This document shows positions 10,154 to 21,557 of a DNA stretch of 64,000 nucleotides, in pieces (positions within the stretch are counted from its first letter, which is position 1; every line of letters starts with the position of its first letter). The stretch is from assembly GCA_903834785.1 (NCBI GenBank), contig CAILKP010000103.1:1-64000 (forward strand), given 5' to 3'. Made by a program: the position numbers and the translations under genes. The DNA is from an uncultured bacterium (lineage in GTDB: Bacteria; Planctomycetota; Phycisphaerae; Phycisphaerales; UBA1924). The notes below the pieces were generated by a model that worked only from the letters and a program-made list of their open reading frames with translations, did no database searches and was not told the DNA's origin.

Positions 10154-10450
10154 GCGTCCAGTCTAACCCACCAGCCGCGGCACACCCCCACCACCCCCCC
10201 GCCCCACCCCCTGCTGCCATCTTGGCAGCCCCCGCCACCGTCGCCCCAGCCACCGGCCCGCCTGCTGCCCCTCCAGCCCTCCAGAACCCGCTGCGATTGC
10301 CTGAAAACCCGGAACGAATCCCCCCGCCAGTCTGCTCGCCGCGCTGGCACGCCGGTTGCATCTGCCCCCTTGCCCGTCGGGCGCGGTGGAAACCGACCCC
10401 ACCTCCCTTCGCCGGGCGGACCGCTTCGATACCTGCTTCCCCCGAACTGA

Positions 10451-12445
<1,995 letters not shown>

Positions 12446-12502
12446 TCATCCCCCGCCCACTCGGCCAGTTCGCTGCCGATTGACAACACGCCTGTAACCC
12501 TC

Positions 12503-12540
12503 GCGGCCGCCCCTTCCCAAGGGCGGCCGCGTTGCTTTCC
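12503..12540 (+). terminator. rho-independent terminator of dnaK
   Basis: GCGGCCGCCC-cttcccaa-GGGCGGCCGC followed by GTTGCTTTCC, 58 nt after the dnaK stop. Confidence 0.6.
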
Positions 12541-12624
12541 CGGCAACCGCTTAACATCCTTCGCGTGCACCTCTCCCTGTCCATCATCAAGTCCGCCATC
12601 GCCGCCAACAACGCCGAATATCGG

Positions 12625-13185
12625 ATGCGCGCCGTGATCGCCCTGTTCATGGGCATCGCCACCTCACTGCTGGTCTACATCACACTCATCGGCATCTTCT
12701 TCATCACCATGGTCACCGGCCCGTGGCTGCTCTACGCCTCCGTGCTCTTCGGCTTCTTCTTTCTGCTCGGCCTCTTCCAGGCACGCAAGTCCGACTACGA
12801 CCCGCTCTCGGGCATCGCCCCGCCATCAGAGCTTGAGAACAAGAGCGCCCGCTACTCACGCGTCTTCCTCGGCGTCGGCATCAGCCCGCGGCACGCGGTC
12901 CTGGGCATCATCACCATGGTCTTCCATGGCCCCATGTGCATCGTCAGGTCCATCGGCCTCTTCCGCTCCCTGCTCTCACGCTCCCCCCGCCTCGCCGTCG
13001 AGGCCGCCGACCTGTTTGACCAGCTCCAAAGCGCCTCCGAACTTCCCCTGCCCGAGCCGCTCTCCCCGCCCGCCAAGCTCCTGTGCACCCTCGGCCTGGC
13101 CAAGGTCCGCCCGCCCGTCCGAGGCCGCCCCGGCGCACTGACCCTCAGCCAGAAGGCCATCTCCCGCCTCGTCGCCTCCGCCTGA
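12625..13185 (+). CDS. hypothetical membrane protein
   Basis: Two to three predicted TM helices (VIALFMGIATSLLVYITLIGIFFITMV, LLYASVLFGFFFLLGLF). Start chosen downstream of the dnaK terminator hairpin that the raw ORF overlaps. Confidence 0.35.
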   Translation: MRAVIALFMGIATSLLVYITLIGIFFITMVTGPWLLYASVLFGFFFLLGLFQARKSDYDPLSGIAPPSELENKSARYSRVFLGVGISPRHAVLGIITMVFHGPMCIVRSIGLFRSLLSRSPRLAVEAADLFDQLQSASELPLPEPLSPPAKLLCTLGLAKVRPPVRGRPGALTLSQKAISRLVASA

Positions 13186-13301
13186 CTGCCCCCAGCCACG
13201 CACGCTCGCCGCAGCTTGACCATCGCTTAACACACCCCCGCCGCCCACCTTGCCACCCCGGCGTAACTTCCGCTCCCATCAATCACCCGGAGCCAACTGC
13301 A

Positions 13302-14534
13302 ATGCTCTCCCTCGCCCCCACCGCTCTCGCCCTCATCCTCGCTGCCACCAGCAGCCAGCCCACAGCCGCACCAACCGCGGCTCCGGCCCCGGCCGCTGCG
13401 CCCTCCACGCTGCCCAGCTCCCGGGCCTTCAGCCCCAGCACCTCCCCCGCCCCCGCGGCAGATCGTCCCCTCACCCGCATCGCCCTGGGCTCCTGCGCCC
13501 GCGAGCGCGAGGCCCAGCCCATCTGGACCGAGATCGTCCAGGCCAAGCCCGAGCTCTTCCTGTTCATCGGCGACAACCACTACGCCGACTTCTGGGAGAA
13601 AAACGGCAAGATGGGCATGTACCCCGTCGAGACCATCGACCGCATCCACGAGGCCTACGACATGCTGGCCATGCAGCCCGGCTACCAGGCCATCCTCAAG
13701 CAGTGCCGCGTGCTGGCCACGTGGGATGACCACGACTTCGGAGCCAACGATGCCGGCCGCGAGTACCCGCTCCGCGAGCCCAGCAAGCAGGCCTTCTTCA
13801 ACTTCTACGGCATCCCCACAGATAGCCCGCTCCGCCAGCAGCCCGGCATTTACTCCGCGCACACCTTCGGCCCCGCCGGCCAGCGCGTCCAGATCATCCT
13901 GCTCGATACCCGCTTCGACCGCGACAAGCTCGAACGCGCAACCCCCGAGGCCCGCGGCAAGCGCCGCGGCCCCTACGCCGCCACCACCGACACCTCGAAG
14001 CAGCTCCTCGGCCAGCAGCAGTGGTCCTGGCTCGAGCAGCAGCTCCGCCAGCCCGCCGACATCCGCATCATCGCCAGCAGCATCCAGGTCGTCGCCGATG
14101 AGCACGGCTTCGAAACCTGGGGCAACTTCCCCCACGAGCGCCAGCGCCTCTACACCCTCATCGACTCCACCAACGCCTCCGGCGTCTTCTTCCTCTCCGG
14201 CGACCGCCACCTGACCGAAATCTCCGCCGACCGCGGCCGGACCCAGCCCGGAACCTCCGGCGGCACCACGCTGCCCGTGCCCTACACCATGTGGGACTTC
14301 ACCTCCAGCGGCATCAACCTCAAGAACGCCGAAGTCACCGACATCAACACCTTCCGCGTCGGCCCCGCCCGCCGCCAGACCACCTACGGCCTCATCGACA
14401 TCACCTGGGGCCCCACGCCCGAGCAAACCCGCATCGACCTGAGCGCCATGGGCGAGTCCAAACAGCTCCTCACCCGCCAAACCCTCTTCCTGGCCGACCT
14501 CCGCAAGCAGCTCGCCGCACCCACCAAGCCCTGA
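13302..14534 (+). CDS. PhoD-like phosphatase (alkaline phosphatase D / metallophosphatase) with signal peptide
   Basis: Signal peptide MLSLAPTALALILAATSSQPTAA. Motifs FLFIGDNHYAD, ATWDDHDFGANDAG and SGDRHLTEIS match the PhoD/metallophosphoesterase family. Confidence 0.75.
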   Translation: MLSLAPTALALILAATSSQPTAAPTAAPAPAAAPSTLPSSRAFSPSTSPAPAADRPLTRIALGSCAREREAQPIWTEIVQAKPELFLFIGDNHYADFWEKNGKMGMYPVETIDRIHEAYDMLAMQPGYQAILKQCRVLATWDDHDFGANDAGREYPLREPSKQAFFNFYGIPTDSPLRQQPGIYSAHTFGPAGQRVQIILLDTRFDRDKLERATPEARGKRRGPYAATTDTSKQLLGQQQWSWLEQQLRQPADIRIIASSIQVVADEHGFETWGNFPHERQRLYTLIDSTNASGVFFLSGDRHLTEISADRGRTQPGTSGGTTLPVPYTMWDFTSSGINLKNAEVTDINTFRVGPARRQTTYGLIDITWGPTPEQTRIDLSAMGESKQLLTRQTLFLADLRKQLAAPTKP

Positions 14535-14715
14535 TGCCGCGCCAGGTCGCATCGCGAATTGCGATCCTCAGATTCCGAGCGGGCGGCGTCACTAAGCCCA
14601 AGGAGCGCGCACGCTGCCGCCCCATACCCGGCTTGCACCAAGTGAAGGACAAAGCAATGCCGCCACCGTTGGCTCAAGCGGCGGGCGTGGCTGGTAGCCA
14701 GTCGGCCGCTGAAAG

Positions 14716-15618
14716 CTACTCGCGGCAGGGCCATCTCTGTTCTGAACGCACCATTCCGTCCCCACGGGGCACAAAGCCACACGTGATGGCATCGCGTACT
14801 CGCTCCCGAATCGATGGGTCGATGCCGTGGCGATCGCAAGCAGCTTGACAAAACCAAACTCCCTGAACAATTGTGAAGGTCAGACATGCCACTGCGATCG
14901 GAAGCTGCTCCGGCATCAGATCAAGTTTGGACGGGCTGCATAGGACACGACGCACCTCTTCCTCCATCATGTCCGGCGTCAGGAACGGGGTTTGTGAATC
15001 AACGAGAACCACTGCAGCACTCCCGCCTTGCGCACGCTTGATCTTGTTGAGCAACTCCCTGCACAGCCGGTTTGAATCGTGGTTGGGAACGAACGACGCC
15101 ACCCACGGTTCACCAGTTGCCAGCATCGTGGCATTGAGTTCTCGCACACGTTCATTGTCCCGCAGTGCCTTGCATTCGACGGCCCAACGGGCGTTGCAGA
15201 TCTCGACGAAAAACTCCGGACGACGCTGTCCCTTGGGCGCAGCTGGCCATTTGATTGTGCTGTCCCCGAACTCCCCCGCAAACGCCGCCGCGGCCAGCAA
15301 CTCATCGCACGCCACCAGACTGTCACCGACGCGGAGCCGCGACGCCAACTCGCCCCACTCAGTCTCGTTCACTTGTTTTCGCAGGACGGCCAGGCCGGCC
15401 TCGATCCGCATTTGCGTGTCTGCAGGATAAAACGCCGGGTGTATCGAGTGGAGGATTGGCAGGTAGTATCCCATCGGCCAACCAAGCAACGCGTTATCTG
15501 GCAAAGCGAGAATATTCCTTCGAAACTGCTCGCGCCAAGCTTCGTTATAAATGCTCGCCAGAAATGGCTTGTCCATCAATCCCGCGTCACAGATACTGAG
15601 GTAATCGACTGTGCGCAT
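14716..15618 (-). CDS. hypothetical protein (second gene of low-GC two-gene module), possible PD-(D/E)xK-like core
   Basis: 300-aa ORF in a visibly lower-GC stretch, 9 bp downstream of the zinc-ribbon gene. No recognisable family. The segment GDSTIKW...EFFVEICNARWAVECK loosely resembles a D...E-x-K nuclease core (speculative). Confidence 0.5.
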   Translation of the reverse strand: MRTVDYLSICDAGLMDKPFLASIYNEAWREQFRRNILALPDNALLGWPMGYYLPILHSIHPAFYPADTQMRIEAGLAVLRKQVNETEWGELASRLRVGDSLVACDELLAAAAFAGEFGDSTIKWPAAPKGQRRPEFFVEICNARWAVECKALRDNERVRELNATMLATGEPWVASFVPNHDSNRLCRELLNKIKRAQGGSAAVVLVDSQTPFLTPDMMEEEVRRVLCSPSKLDLMPEQLPIAVACLTFTIVQGVWFCQAACDRHGIDPSIRERVRDAITCGFVPRGDGMVRSEQRWPCRE

Positions 15619-15627
15619 CGTGCACCA

Positions 15628-16791
15628 TCAGCTTGGAAGCCGGCCCTGCATCCCAGCCGCTATTGAGGCGAGGGCTGGGTACTTGAAGGCAAAGACAGCG
15701 GTGAAAGAACGCATCTGCCCAGCAGAGAACTGGGACAACAGCCTTACCCATTTGGCCTGATACTCCGCCATCTGTGCCCTCTTCCAATCGTCGGACAACC
15801 ACCGAGCGCTTACCGCGAGAGCGCCGAATGCGAGTCCAGCCCATCCATAGCCTCCGGCGGCTGAAAGTAAACCCACTCCAGCTGCAGCCGGTCGCCCGTA
15901 CGCTACCGCCTGCTCTGCGGCAACATTGTCATCCATCGCCGCCATCAAATCGTCACGGAGGGCATCGGCGTAGTCCGAGAGCAACTTAATGCCCCTAACG
16001 TGCGTTTCATCCAGACGCAAAAACGCCTCCTTACTCTCTACCAGACCCGCCCCAACCGCAACCTCGGAAAGCTGGTTGAGAATCAACCGATTTTGCTTTT
16101 CTTGCTCGCGTTGTGCAACTTCGGCTGCCTCCCGAGCACGTCTTGCCTCCGCCTCACTCGCCTGCCGATTAGCTAGCAATAGCACAAGCAGCGCGGCCCC
16201 GACCGCCCGTTGCTTGCCCTCACGCTCGCTCATAATCCGGGCGTTCCACTCGAAGGCGCTACTTGGCACGTACTGCTTACAGCCGCACTCGGGACAGTCC
16301 TGCACAGCGTTGCGCTCGGCCCAATCGCAGTCAATGGACCACTTGCAAGCTCGGCAGTTCCAAGTCACAACAGCAGGCTTTGCGATCATCGCGCGGAGCC
16401 GGTCTGTCTTTGTCGGCTGGCGGGTGTGTTCGCTGGTGTAGTGCGGCGGCTGCCCAAGCACCTGCGGCCGGGGCGGTGCCCGGCCAGTGCTGGCCGGGCG
16501 GGCGATAACAGTGTGTTCCCGACCCAGCCGCAGAGACGTACCGCATCCATCGCACGCGATGACTGCTTCCGTTCGTGCGCCCCACTCGACCTGCAGGTCC
16601 GATTCAAAACGGCATTTGGGGCATAATAGCGTCAAAGTTGCCGGATCATCAACGATCCAGACACGGGTAAAAGTGACTCTTGGAAACAGCTCCCGCGCCG
16701 CCTTCAACGCATCGGCGAATGAGCGCCCCTCGACAACAGCTTTGCCGGTCCGCCCTTCGGAGTTACGTAGAAAGACGTGAAACGTTGCCAC
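15628..16791 (-). CDS. hypothetical membrane-associated protein with two MJ0042-type zinc ribbons and a coiled coil
   Basis: Two CxxC...CxxC ribbons (CPKCRFESDLQVEWGARTEAVIACDGCGTSL and CRACKWSIDC...CPECGCKQY) fit the MJ0042-like zinc-finger pattern. They are followed by a TM helix (AVGAALLVLLLA), an Ala/Glu/Arg coiled coil and Gly-rich C-terminal hydrophobic segments. Lower GC than flanks. Confidence 0.55.
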   Translation of the reverse strand: MATFHVFLRNSEGRTGKAVVEGRSFADALKAARELFPRVTFTRVWIVDDPATLTLLCPKCRFESDLQVEWGARTEAVIACDGCGTSLRLGREHTVIARPASTGRAPPRPQVLGQPPHYTSEHTRQPTKTDRLRAMIAKPAVVTWNCRACKWSIDCDWAERNAVQDCPECGCKQYVPSSAFEWNARIMSEREGKQRAVGAALLVLLLANRQASEAEARRAREAAEVAQREQEKQNRLILNQLSEVAVGAGLVESKEAFLRLDETHVRGIKLLSDYADALRDDLMAAMDDNVAAEQAVAYGRPAAAGVGLLSAAGGYGWAGLAFGALAVSARWLSDDWKRAQMAEYQAKWVRLLSQFSAGQMRSFTAVFAFKYPALASIAAGMQGRLPS

Positions 16792-16895
16792 AAAAGACCT
16801 CCCATACAGGGTATTCGATTATAGCAGCCGCCTTTGCTTGGTGAAAAGTCGGTCCGGGACACTCGTGGCCGAGCCACCAACCCCATTCTCACCTC

Positions 16896-17870
16896 TCACC
16901 GCCAGCGCAGCCACGGAAACCCCTCCGGCACCAGCTCCGGCCGCTGATTCAACACGCCCACCAGAAACGCAAACGCATCCACCAGCCGGGGCCCGGGCCG
17001 CGCAAACATCTGGTTGCCATCAACCACCAGCACGTTGCCCGCCCGCACCGCCGGCAGTTCGTTCCACCACGCCGCACGCGCCAGCTCGGCCGTGGCCTCC
17101 ATCGCCTGGTGCAGGCTCAGCCCGCACGGGGCGATCACCAGATACTCCGGCTTGCTGGCCACCAGCACCTCCGGCGGCACCGTCACGCTCTTGCCCGCCT
17201 TCCGCAGCGTCGTACCAATCGGCCCCGCACCCGCGCCCGCGTGCCGCACCGGCACGGTTTCATTCAGCAGGTGCCGCCCGCCCGCCCGCTCAATCAGCTG
17301 CGGGATCCAGTGCCCGCCGACAAACAGCGGGTCCGTCCACTCCAGGAACGCCACCCGCGGCCCCTCATCAAACGCGTTGACATAGTCCGACAGCCGGTAC
17401 ATCCGCTCCCGCAGCATCGTCACGGCTTCCACCGCACGCTCTTCAAGCCCCACCGTACGCCCCACCGTCACCACATCATCCAGCACGCCCTCCACCGTCT
17501 CTGCATTGCAGCTCACCACCCGCGGCACGGGGTCCAGCGTCGCCGCCAGCCGCTGCACCGTCTGGACATCCACACTGCACACGCGGCACAGGTCCTGCGT
17601 CAGGATCACATCCGGCCGCAGCCCTCGCAGCACATCAGTCTTCAGCCCGTACAGCGGCTGCTGCGCCTCCATCAGCGCTCGCACCTGCTTGTCCACTTCC
17701 GCGCTCGCACCCGCCCCGCCGGCAAAGTGCGTCGCCGCCGTGCTCAGCACCGGCAAATGTGTAATCTCCGCGGGATAGTCGCACTCATGGCTCCGCCCCA
17801 CCAGCAGATCGCCCCCGCCGATATGGCAGAGCATCTCCGTCGCCGAAGGCAGCAGTGAAACCACTCGCAT
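16896..17870 (-). CDS. periplasmic-binding-protein-like (BtuF/FecB-type cobalamin or Fe-siderophore binding) protein, no signal peptide
   Basis: MRVVSLLPSATEMLCHIGGGDLLVGRSHECDYP matches the PBP class 8 (Peripla_BP_2, BtuF-like) N-terminus. An in-frame stop immediately upstream means no signal peptide is encoded, which is unusual. Confidence 0.65.
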   Translation of the reverse strand: MRVVSLLPSATEMLCHIGGGDLLVGRSHECDYPAEITHLPVLSTAATHFAGGAGASAEVDKQVRALMEAQQPLYGLKTDVLRGLRPDVILTQDLCRVCSVDVQTVQRLAATLDPVPRVVSCNAETVEGVLDDVVTVGRTVGLEERAVEAVTMLRERMYRLSDYVNAFDEGPRVAFLEWTDPLFVGGHWIPQLIERAGGRHLLNETVPVRHAGAGAGPIGTTLRKAGKSVTVPPEVLVASKPEYLVIAPCGLSLHQAMEATAELARAAWWNELPAVRAGNVLVVDGNQMFARPGPRLVDAFAFLVGVLNQRPELVPEGFPWLRWR

Positions 17871-17885
17871 CGCTTCGCCGGCCGA

Positions 17886-18593
17886 TCAACGCTCGCCGTT
17901 GGTCAGCCGCTCCGTCGGAATGTAGCCAAAGCCCGGGCCACCCTTCTGACCCGCCGCCTTCATGCGGATGATCACATCCGAGTTCTGCGGATCGCAGTAG
18001 TACGCCATCCGCAGCCGGCTGTCGGCCTCACGCTGGTCACCCAGCCGCAAGGCCAGGTCGTGCAGCGCAACCTGCGGCGAGGCGCTCATGCCGCGGTCAA
18101 TGCGGGCCGCCGTCACGTACGCCTGCTTGGCCAGGTCGCTGTCGCCCGTCTTGCCGGCAAAGTTGCCCAGCCGCACCCAGTCCTCAACCCGCGCCCGCTC
18201 CACCGTGTTGGTCTTGAGCATCCGGATCGCTTCATCGGTGCGCCCTGCATCGATGTAAGCCTCGGCCAGCCAGTCAATGTACTGCCCCGCCTCCGGGTCC
18301 TGAATGTTCGCAATCCGCAGGTTCTCAATCGCCTCGATCGGCTGCTTGTTCCGCAGATACGCCAGCCCCAGCTTCGCCCGCACGTCCGGCTCGCCCGGCA
18401 TCTCGGCAAGATACAGCCCGTAGTTCTTCGTCGCATCGCCGTACCGCGCCGCCTGCATGTCGTTGTCACCCGCCACCCGATACGGATACGGGTTGTTCGC
18501 GCAGCCCATCAGCGTCGCCGCTCCCAGCAGTCCGGCGGCAAGCACAACTCGGGCAACGGCAGCAAAACGGGGGCGATTGGCGGCAGGCAACAT
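17886..18593 (-). CDS. TPR-repeat lipoprotein
   Basis: From Met at 18593: signal plus lipobox (AAGLLGAATLMGCANN), then TPR-like repeats (LGLAYLRNKQPIEAIENLRIANIQDPEAGQYIDWLAEAYIDAGRTDEAIRMLK). Confidence 0.6.
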   Translation of the reverse strand: MLPAANRPRFAAVARVVLAAGLLGAATLMGCANNPYPYRVAGDNDMQAARYGDATKNYGLYLAEMPGEPDVRAKLGLAYLRNKQPIEAIENLRIANIQDPEAGQYIDWLAEAYIDAGRTDEAIRMLKTNTVERARVEDWVRLGNFAGKTGDSDLAKQAYVTAARIDRGMSASPQVALHDLALRLGDQREADSRLRMAYYCDPQNSDVIIRMKAAGQKGGPGFGYIPTERLTNGER

Positions 18594-18724
18594 CACAATG
18601 ACACTCCAAATGGTTATGCGGTCCTTCGGACCTCCCCATCGTAGTGCCCAGATGCCCCGATTTGACGCACCCGCCCCCAGTTCACACGACTTTCGGCCAC
18701 TTTGAGCCACTTTCGGGCAAGTTA

Positions 18725-18757
18725 CTTGACCTTGCAACCGAGCTTTCTACCATATAT
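18725..18757 (+). promoter_or_regulatory. putative sigma70-type promoter for the arsR-MTase/ahcY operon
   Basis: TTGACC (18725-18730), a ~20-nt spacer, CATATAT (18751-18757), about 20 nt upstream of the start at 18777. Preceded by three CCACTTT(G/C) direct repeats at 18695-18716. Confidence 0.3.
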
Positions 18758-18776
18758 CCGCATGAATGGATGAAGC

Positions 18777-19775
18777 ATGAAGAAGGCCGCCGCACTCCAT
18801 CTCATCACCGAGCAGCTCACCCTCCTGAGCGACTCCGCCCGCCTCCGCCTCCTGCGTCTGCTGGAGCGTGAGGAACTCTCCGTCGGCGAGCTCGCCCGCA
18901 TCGTCCAGCTCCCCCAGTCCACCGTCTCCCGGCAGCTCAAGCAGCTCGCCGATGGCGGCTTCGTCATCAGCCGCTCCGAGGGCACCAGCACCCTCTACCG
19001 CCTCGTCATGGACGACCTCGACGGCGACCAGCGCACCCTCTGGGGTGTCGTGCGCGAGCGTCTGGCCGCCACCGACAGCGGCACCGAACTCGCCGAGGAC
19101 CTCCGCCGCCTCCAAGGCGTCCTGGCCGACCGCAAGATCGACACCAAGAGCTTCTTCGGCAAGGTCGCCGGTGAGTGGGACGCCGTCCGCAACGAACTCT
19201 TCGGTGACCGCGTCACCGTCCTGGCCCTGCTCTCCCTGCTCCCTGCGGAGTGGACCGTCGCCGACCTGGGCTGCGGCACGGGCAACGCCGCCGAACTGCT
19301 CGCCCCGATCGTCCGCAAGGTCATCGCCGTCGATCAGTCCGGCCCCATGCTCACCGCCGCCGCCAAGCGGATGGAGCATTTCACGAACGTCCAGTTCCTC
19401 CAGGGCGAGCTCGAGAAGCTCCCCATCCCCACCGGCACCGTTGATGCCGCGGTCTGCGTCCTGGTCCTCCATCACCTTGAGAGCCCGCAGAACGCCATCA
19501 ACGAGATGGCCCGCATCCTCCGCCCCGGCGGTGTGGCCATGGTCGTCGACATGGTCGAGCACGACCGCGCCGCCTACCGCCACTCCATGGGCCACCGCTG
19601 GATGGGCTTCGGCGTCCCCGAACTCCTCCGCATGTTTGAGCACGCCGGCCTGGCCGACACCCGCCTGCTCACCCTCCCCTCCGCCAGCGATGCCAAGGGC
19701 CCCGGCCTCTTCGCATGCACCGGCCGCAAGGCCGAGAAGCCCGCAACGGCTGCCACCCGCAGCAGCCGCAGCTGA
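18777..19775 (+). CDS. ArsR-family HTH regulator fused to SAM-dependent methyltransferase domain
   Basis: N-terminus LLEREELSVGELARIVQLPQSTVSRQLKQLADGGFV is an ArsR/SmtB HTH. C-terminus VADLGCGTGNAAELL...VLHHLESPQNAINEMARILRPGGVAMVVD is a Methyltransf_11 domain. Sits directly upstream of ahcY. Confidence 0.8.
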   Translation: MKKAAALHLITEQLTLLSDSARLRLLRLLEREELSVGELARIVQLPQSTVSRQLKQLADGGFVISRSEGTSTLYRLVMDDLDGDQRTLWGVVRERLAATDSGTELAEDLRRLQGVLADRKIDTKSFFGKVAGEWDAVRNELFGDRVTVLALLSLLPAEWTVADLGCGTGNAAELLAPIVRKVIAVDQSGPMLTAAAKRMEHFTNVQFLQGELEKLPIPTGTVDAAVCVLVLHHLESPQNAINEMARILRPGGVAMVVDMVEHDRAAYRHSMGHRWMGFGVPELLRMFEHAGLADTRLLTLPSASDAKGPGLFACTGRKAEKPATAATRSSRS

Positions 19776-19871
19776 TCAAAACCTCCCCGGCGCGTGCCGG
19801 AAGCGTCTGTTTCGTCCGTACATCCCGAATGTGTTGTTCAGCAAGCGTCCCGATTCACCCGAAAGGTATCT

Positions 19872-21422
19872 ATGACCACCGCAACCCCGGCCGTCCGTCC
19901 CTCTCCCGTTCCTCATCCCGTGGCCGACCGTGCCAAGAACGGTCTTGACTACAAAGTCGCCGACCTCTCCCTGGCCGAGCTCGGCCGCAAGGAGCTCCGT
20001 CTGGCCGAGCACGAGATGCCCGGCCTCATGGCCCTCCGCGCCCGCTACAAGGGCCAGAAGCCCCTGGCCGGAGCCCGCATCATGGGCTCCCTGCACATGA
20101 CCGTGCAGACCGGCGTGCTCATCGAAACCCTCGTTGACCTGGGCGCCAGCGTCCGCTGGGTCTCCTGCAACATCTTCTCCACCCAGGACTCCGCCGCCGC
20201 CGCAGTCGTCGTCGGCCAGCACCTCGGCGGCACCGTTGACAACCCCAAGGGCGTCAGCGTCTACGCCTGGAAGGGCGAGACCCTGCCCGAGTATTGGTGG
20301 TGCACCAGCGAGGCCATGGCTTGGCCCGATGGCGGCGGCCCCAACCTGCTGCTCGATGACGGTGGCGACATCACCCTGCTGGTCCACAAGGGCTCGCAGT
20401 TCGAGGCCGCCGGCGCCGTGCCCGCCTTCAACGCCGCCAGCGAGCCCGAGGAATGGGGCGTCATCCTGGACCTGCTCCGCAGCGAGCAGACCAAGAACCC
20501 CGGCCGCTGGACCAAGGTCATCAAGGCCATCAAGGGCGTGAGCGAAGAGACCACCACCGGCGTCCACCGTCTCTACGAGATGGTCAAGGCCGGCCAGCTC
20601 GCCTTCCCCGCCATCAACGTCAACGACTCGGCCACCAAGAGCAAGTTCGACAACCTCTACGGCTGCCGCCACTCGCTGGTCGACGGCCTCAACCGCGCCA
20701 CCGACGTCATGCTCGGCGGCAAGGTCGCCGTCGTGCTCGGCTACGGCGATGTGGGTAAGGGCTCGGCCCAGTCCCTGCGTGGCCAGGGCTGCCGCGTCAT
20801 CGTCACCGAGATCGACCCCATCAACGCCCTGCAGGCCGCGATGGAAGGCTACCAGGTCGCCACCCTCGACGATGTCGTCGAGACCGCCGACATCTTCATC
20901 TCCGCCACCGGCAACAAGGACGTCCTGACCCTCGACCACATGCGTCGCATGAAGGACAAGGCCATCGTCGCCAACATCGGCCACTTCGATAACGAGATCG
21001 ACATGGCCGCCCTCGGCCACGCCAAGGACGTCAAGCGCGTCAACATCAAGGCCCAGTACGACGAGTTCGTCTTTGGCCAGGGCACGCCCAAGGAGAAGTC
21101 CATCCTCATCCTGGCCGAGGGTCGCCTCATGAACCTCGGCTGCGCCACCGGCCACCCCAGCTTCGTCATGAGCTCCAGCTTCACCAACCAGACCATCGCC
21201 CAGCTGGACCTCTGGCTCAGCGCCACCGGCAAGCCCACCCTCTCCGGCGTCAACTACACCGAGAACAAGGTCTACATCCTGCCCAAGAAGCTCGATGAGG
21301 AAGTCGCCCGCCTCCACCTCGAGAAGCTCGGCGTCCGCCTCACCCGCCTGACCAAGGCCCAGGCCGACTACCTCGGCGTCCCGCTGGATGGCCCCTACAA
21401 GCCCGACCACTACCGCTATTGA
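19872..21422 (+). CDS. ahcY: adenosylhomocysteinase (SAH hydrolase)
   Basis: NAD-binding [38 protein letters not shown] and catalytic motifs throughout. Start at Met 19872 (MTTATPAV...). The 26 upstream codons of the raw ORF are likely non-coding. Confidence 0.93.
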   Translation: MTTATPAVRPSPVPHPVADRAKNGLDYKVADLSLAELGRKELRLAEHEMPGLMALRARYKGQKPLAGARIMGSLHMTVQTGVLIETLVDLGASVRWVSCNIFSTQDSAAAAVVVGQHLGGTVDNPKGVSVYAWKGETLPEYWWCTSEAMAWPDGGGPNLLLDDGGDITLLVHKGSQFEAAGAVPAFNAASEPEEWGVILDLLRSEQTKNPGRWTKVIKAIKGVSEETTTGVHRLYEMVKAGQLAFPAINVNDSATKSKFDNLYGCRHSLVDGLNRATDVMLGGKVAVVLGYGDVGKGSAQSLRGQGCRVIVTEIDPINALQAAMEGYQVATLDDVVETADIFISATGNKDVLTLDHMRRMKDKAIVANIGHFDNEIDMAALGHAKDVKRVNIKAQYDEFVFGQGTPKEKSILILAEGRLMNLGCATGHPSFVMSSSFTNQTIAQLDLWLSATGKPTLSGVNYTENKVYILPKKLDEEVARLHLEKLGVRLTRLTKAQADYLGVPLDGPYKPDHYRY

Positions 21423-21469
21423 TCGGAAGCCACCCGGCCTCGTCAGGCCGCTGAAAACCAAAACCACAC

Positions 21470-21510
21470 GAGCCCGCGGCAGCATCTGCCGCGGGCTCGT
21501 TGCTTTTCCC
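21470..21510 (+). terminator. rho-independent terminator of ahcY
   Basis: GAGCCCGCGG-cagcatctg-CCGCGGGCTC followed by GTTGCTTTTCC. Confidence 0.6.
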
Positions 21511-21557
21511 GCCCCCCCAACCACCACTTGCCATGGCCCCCAGCGCCGGTCCCCCGC

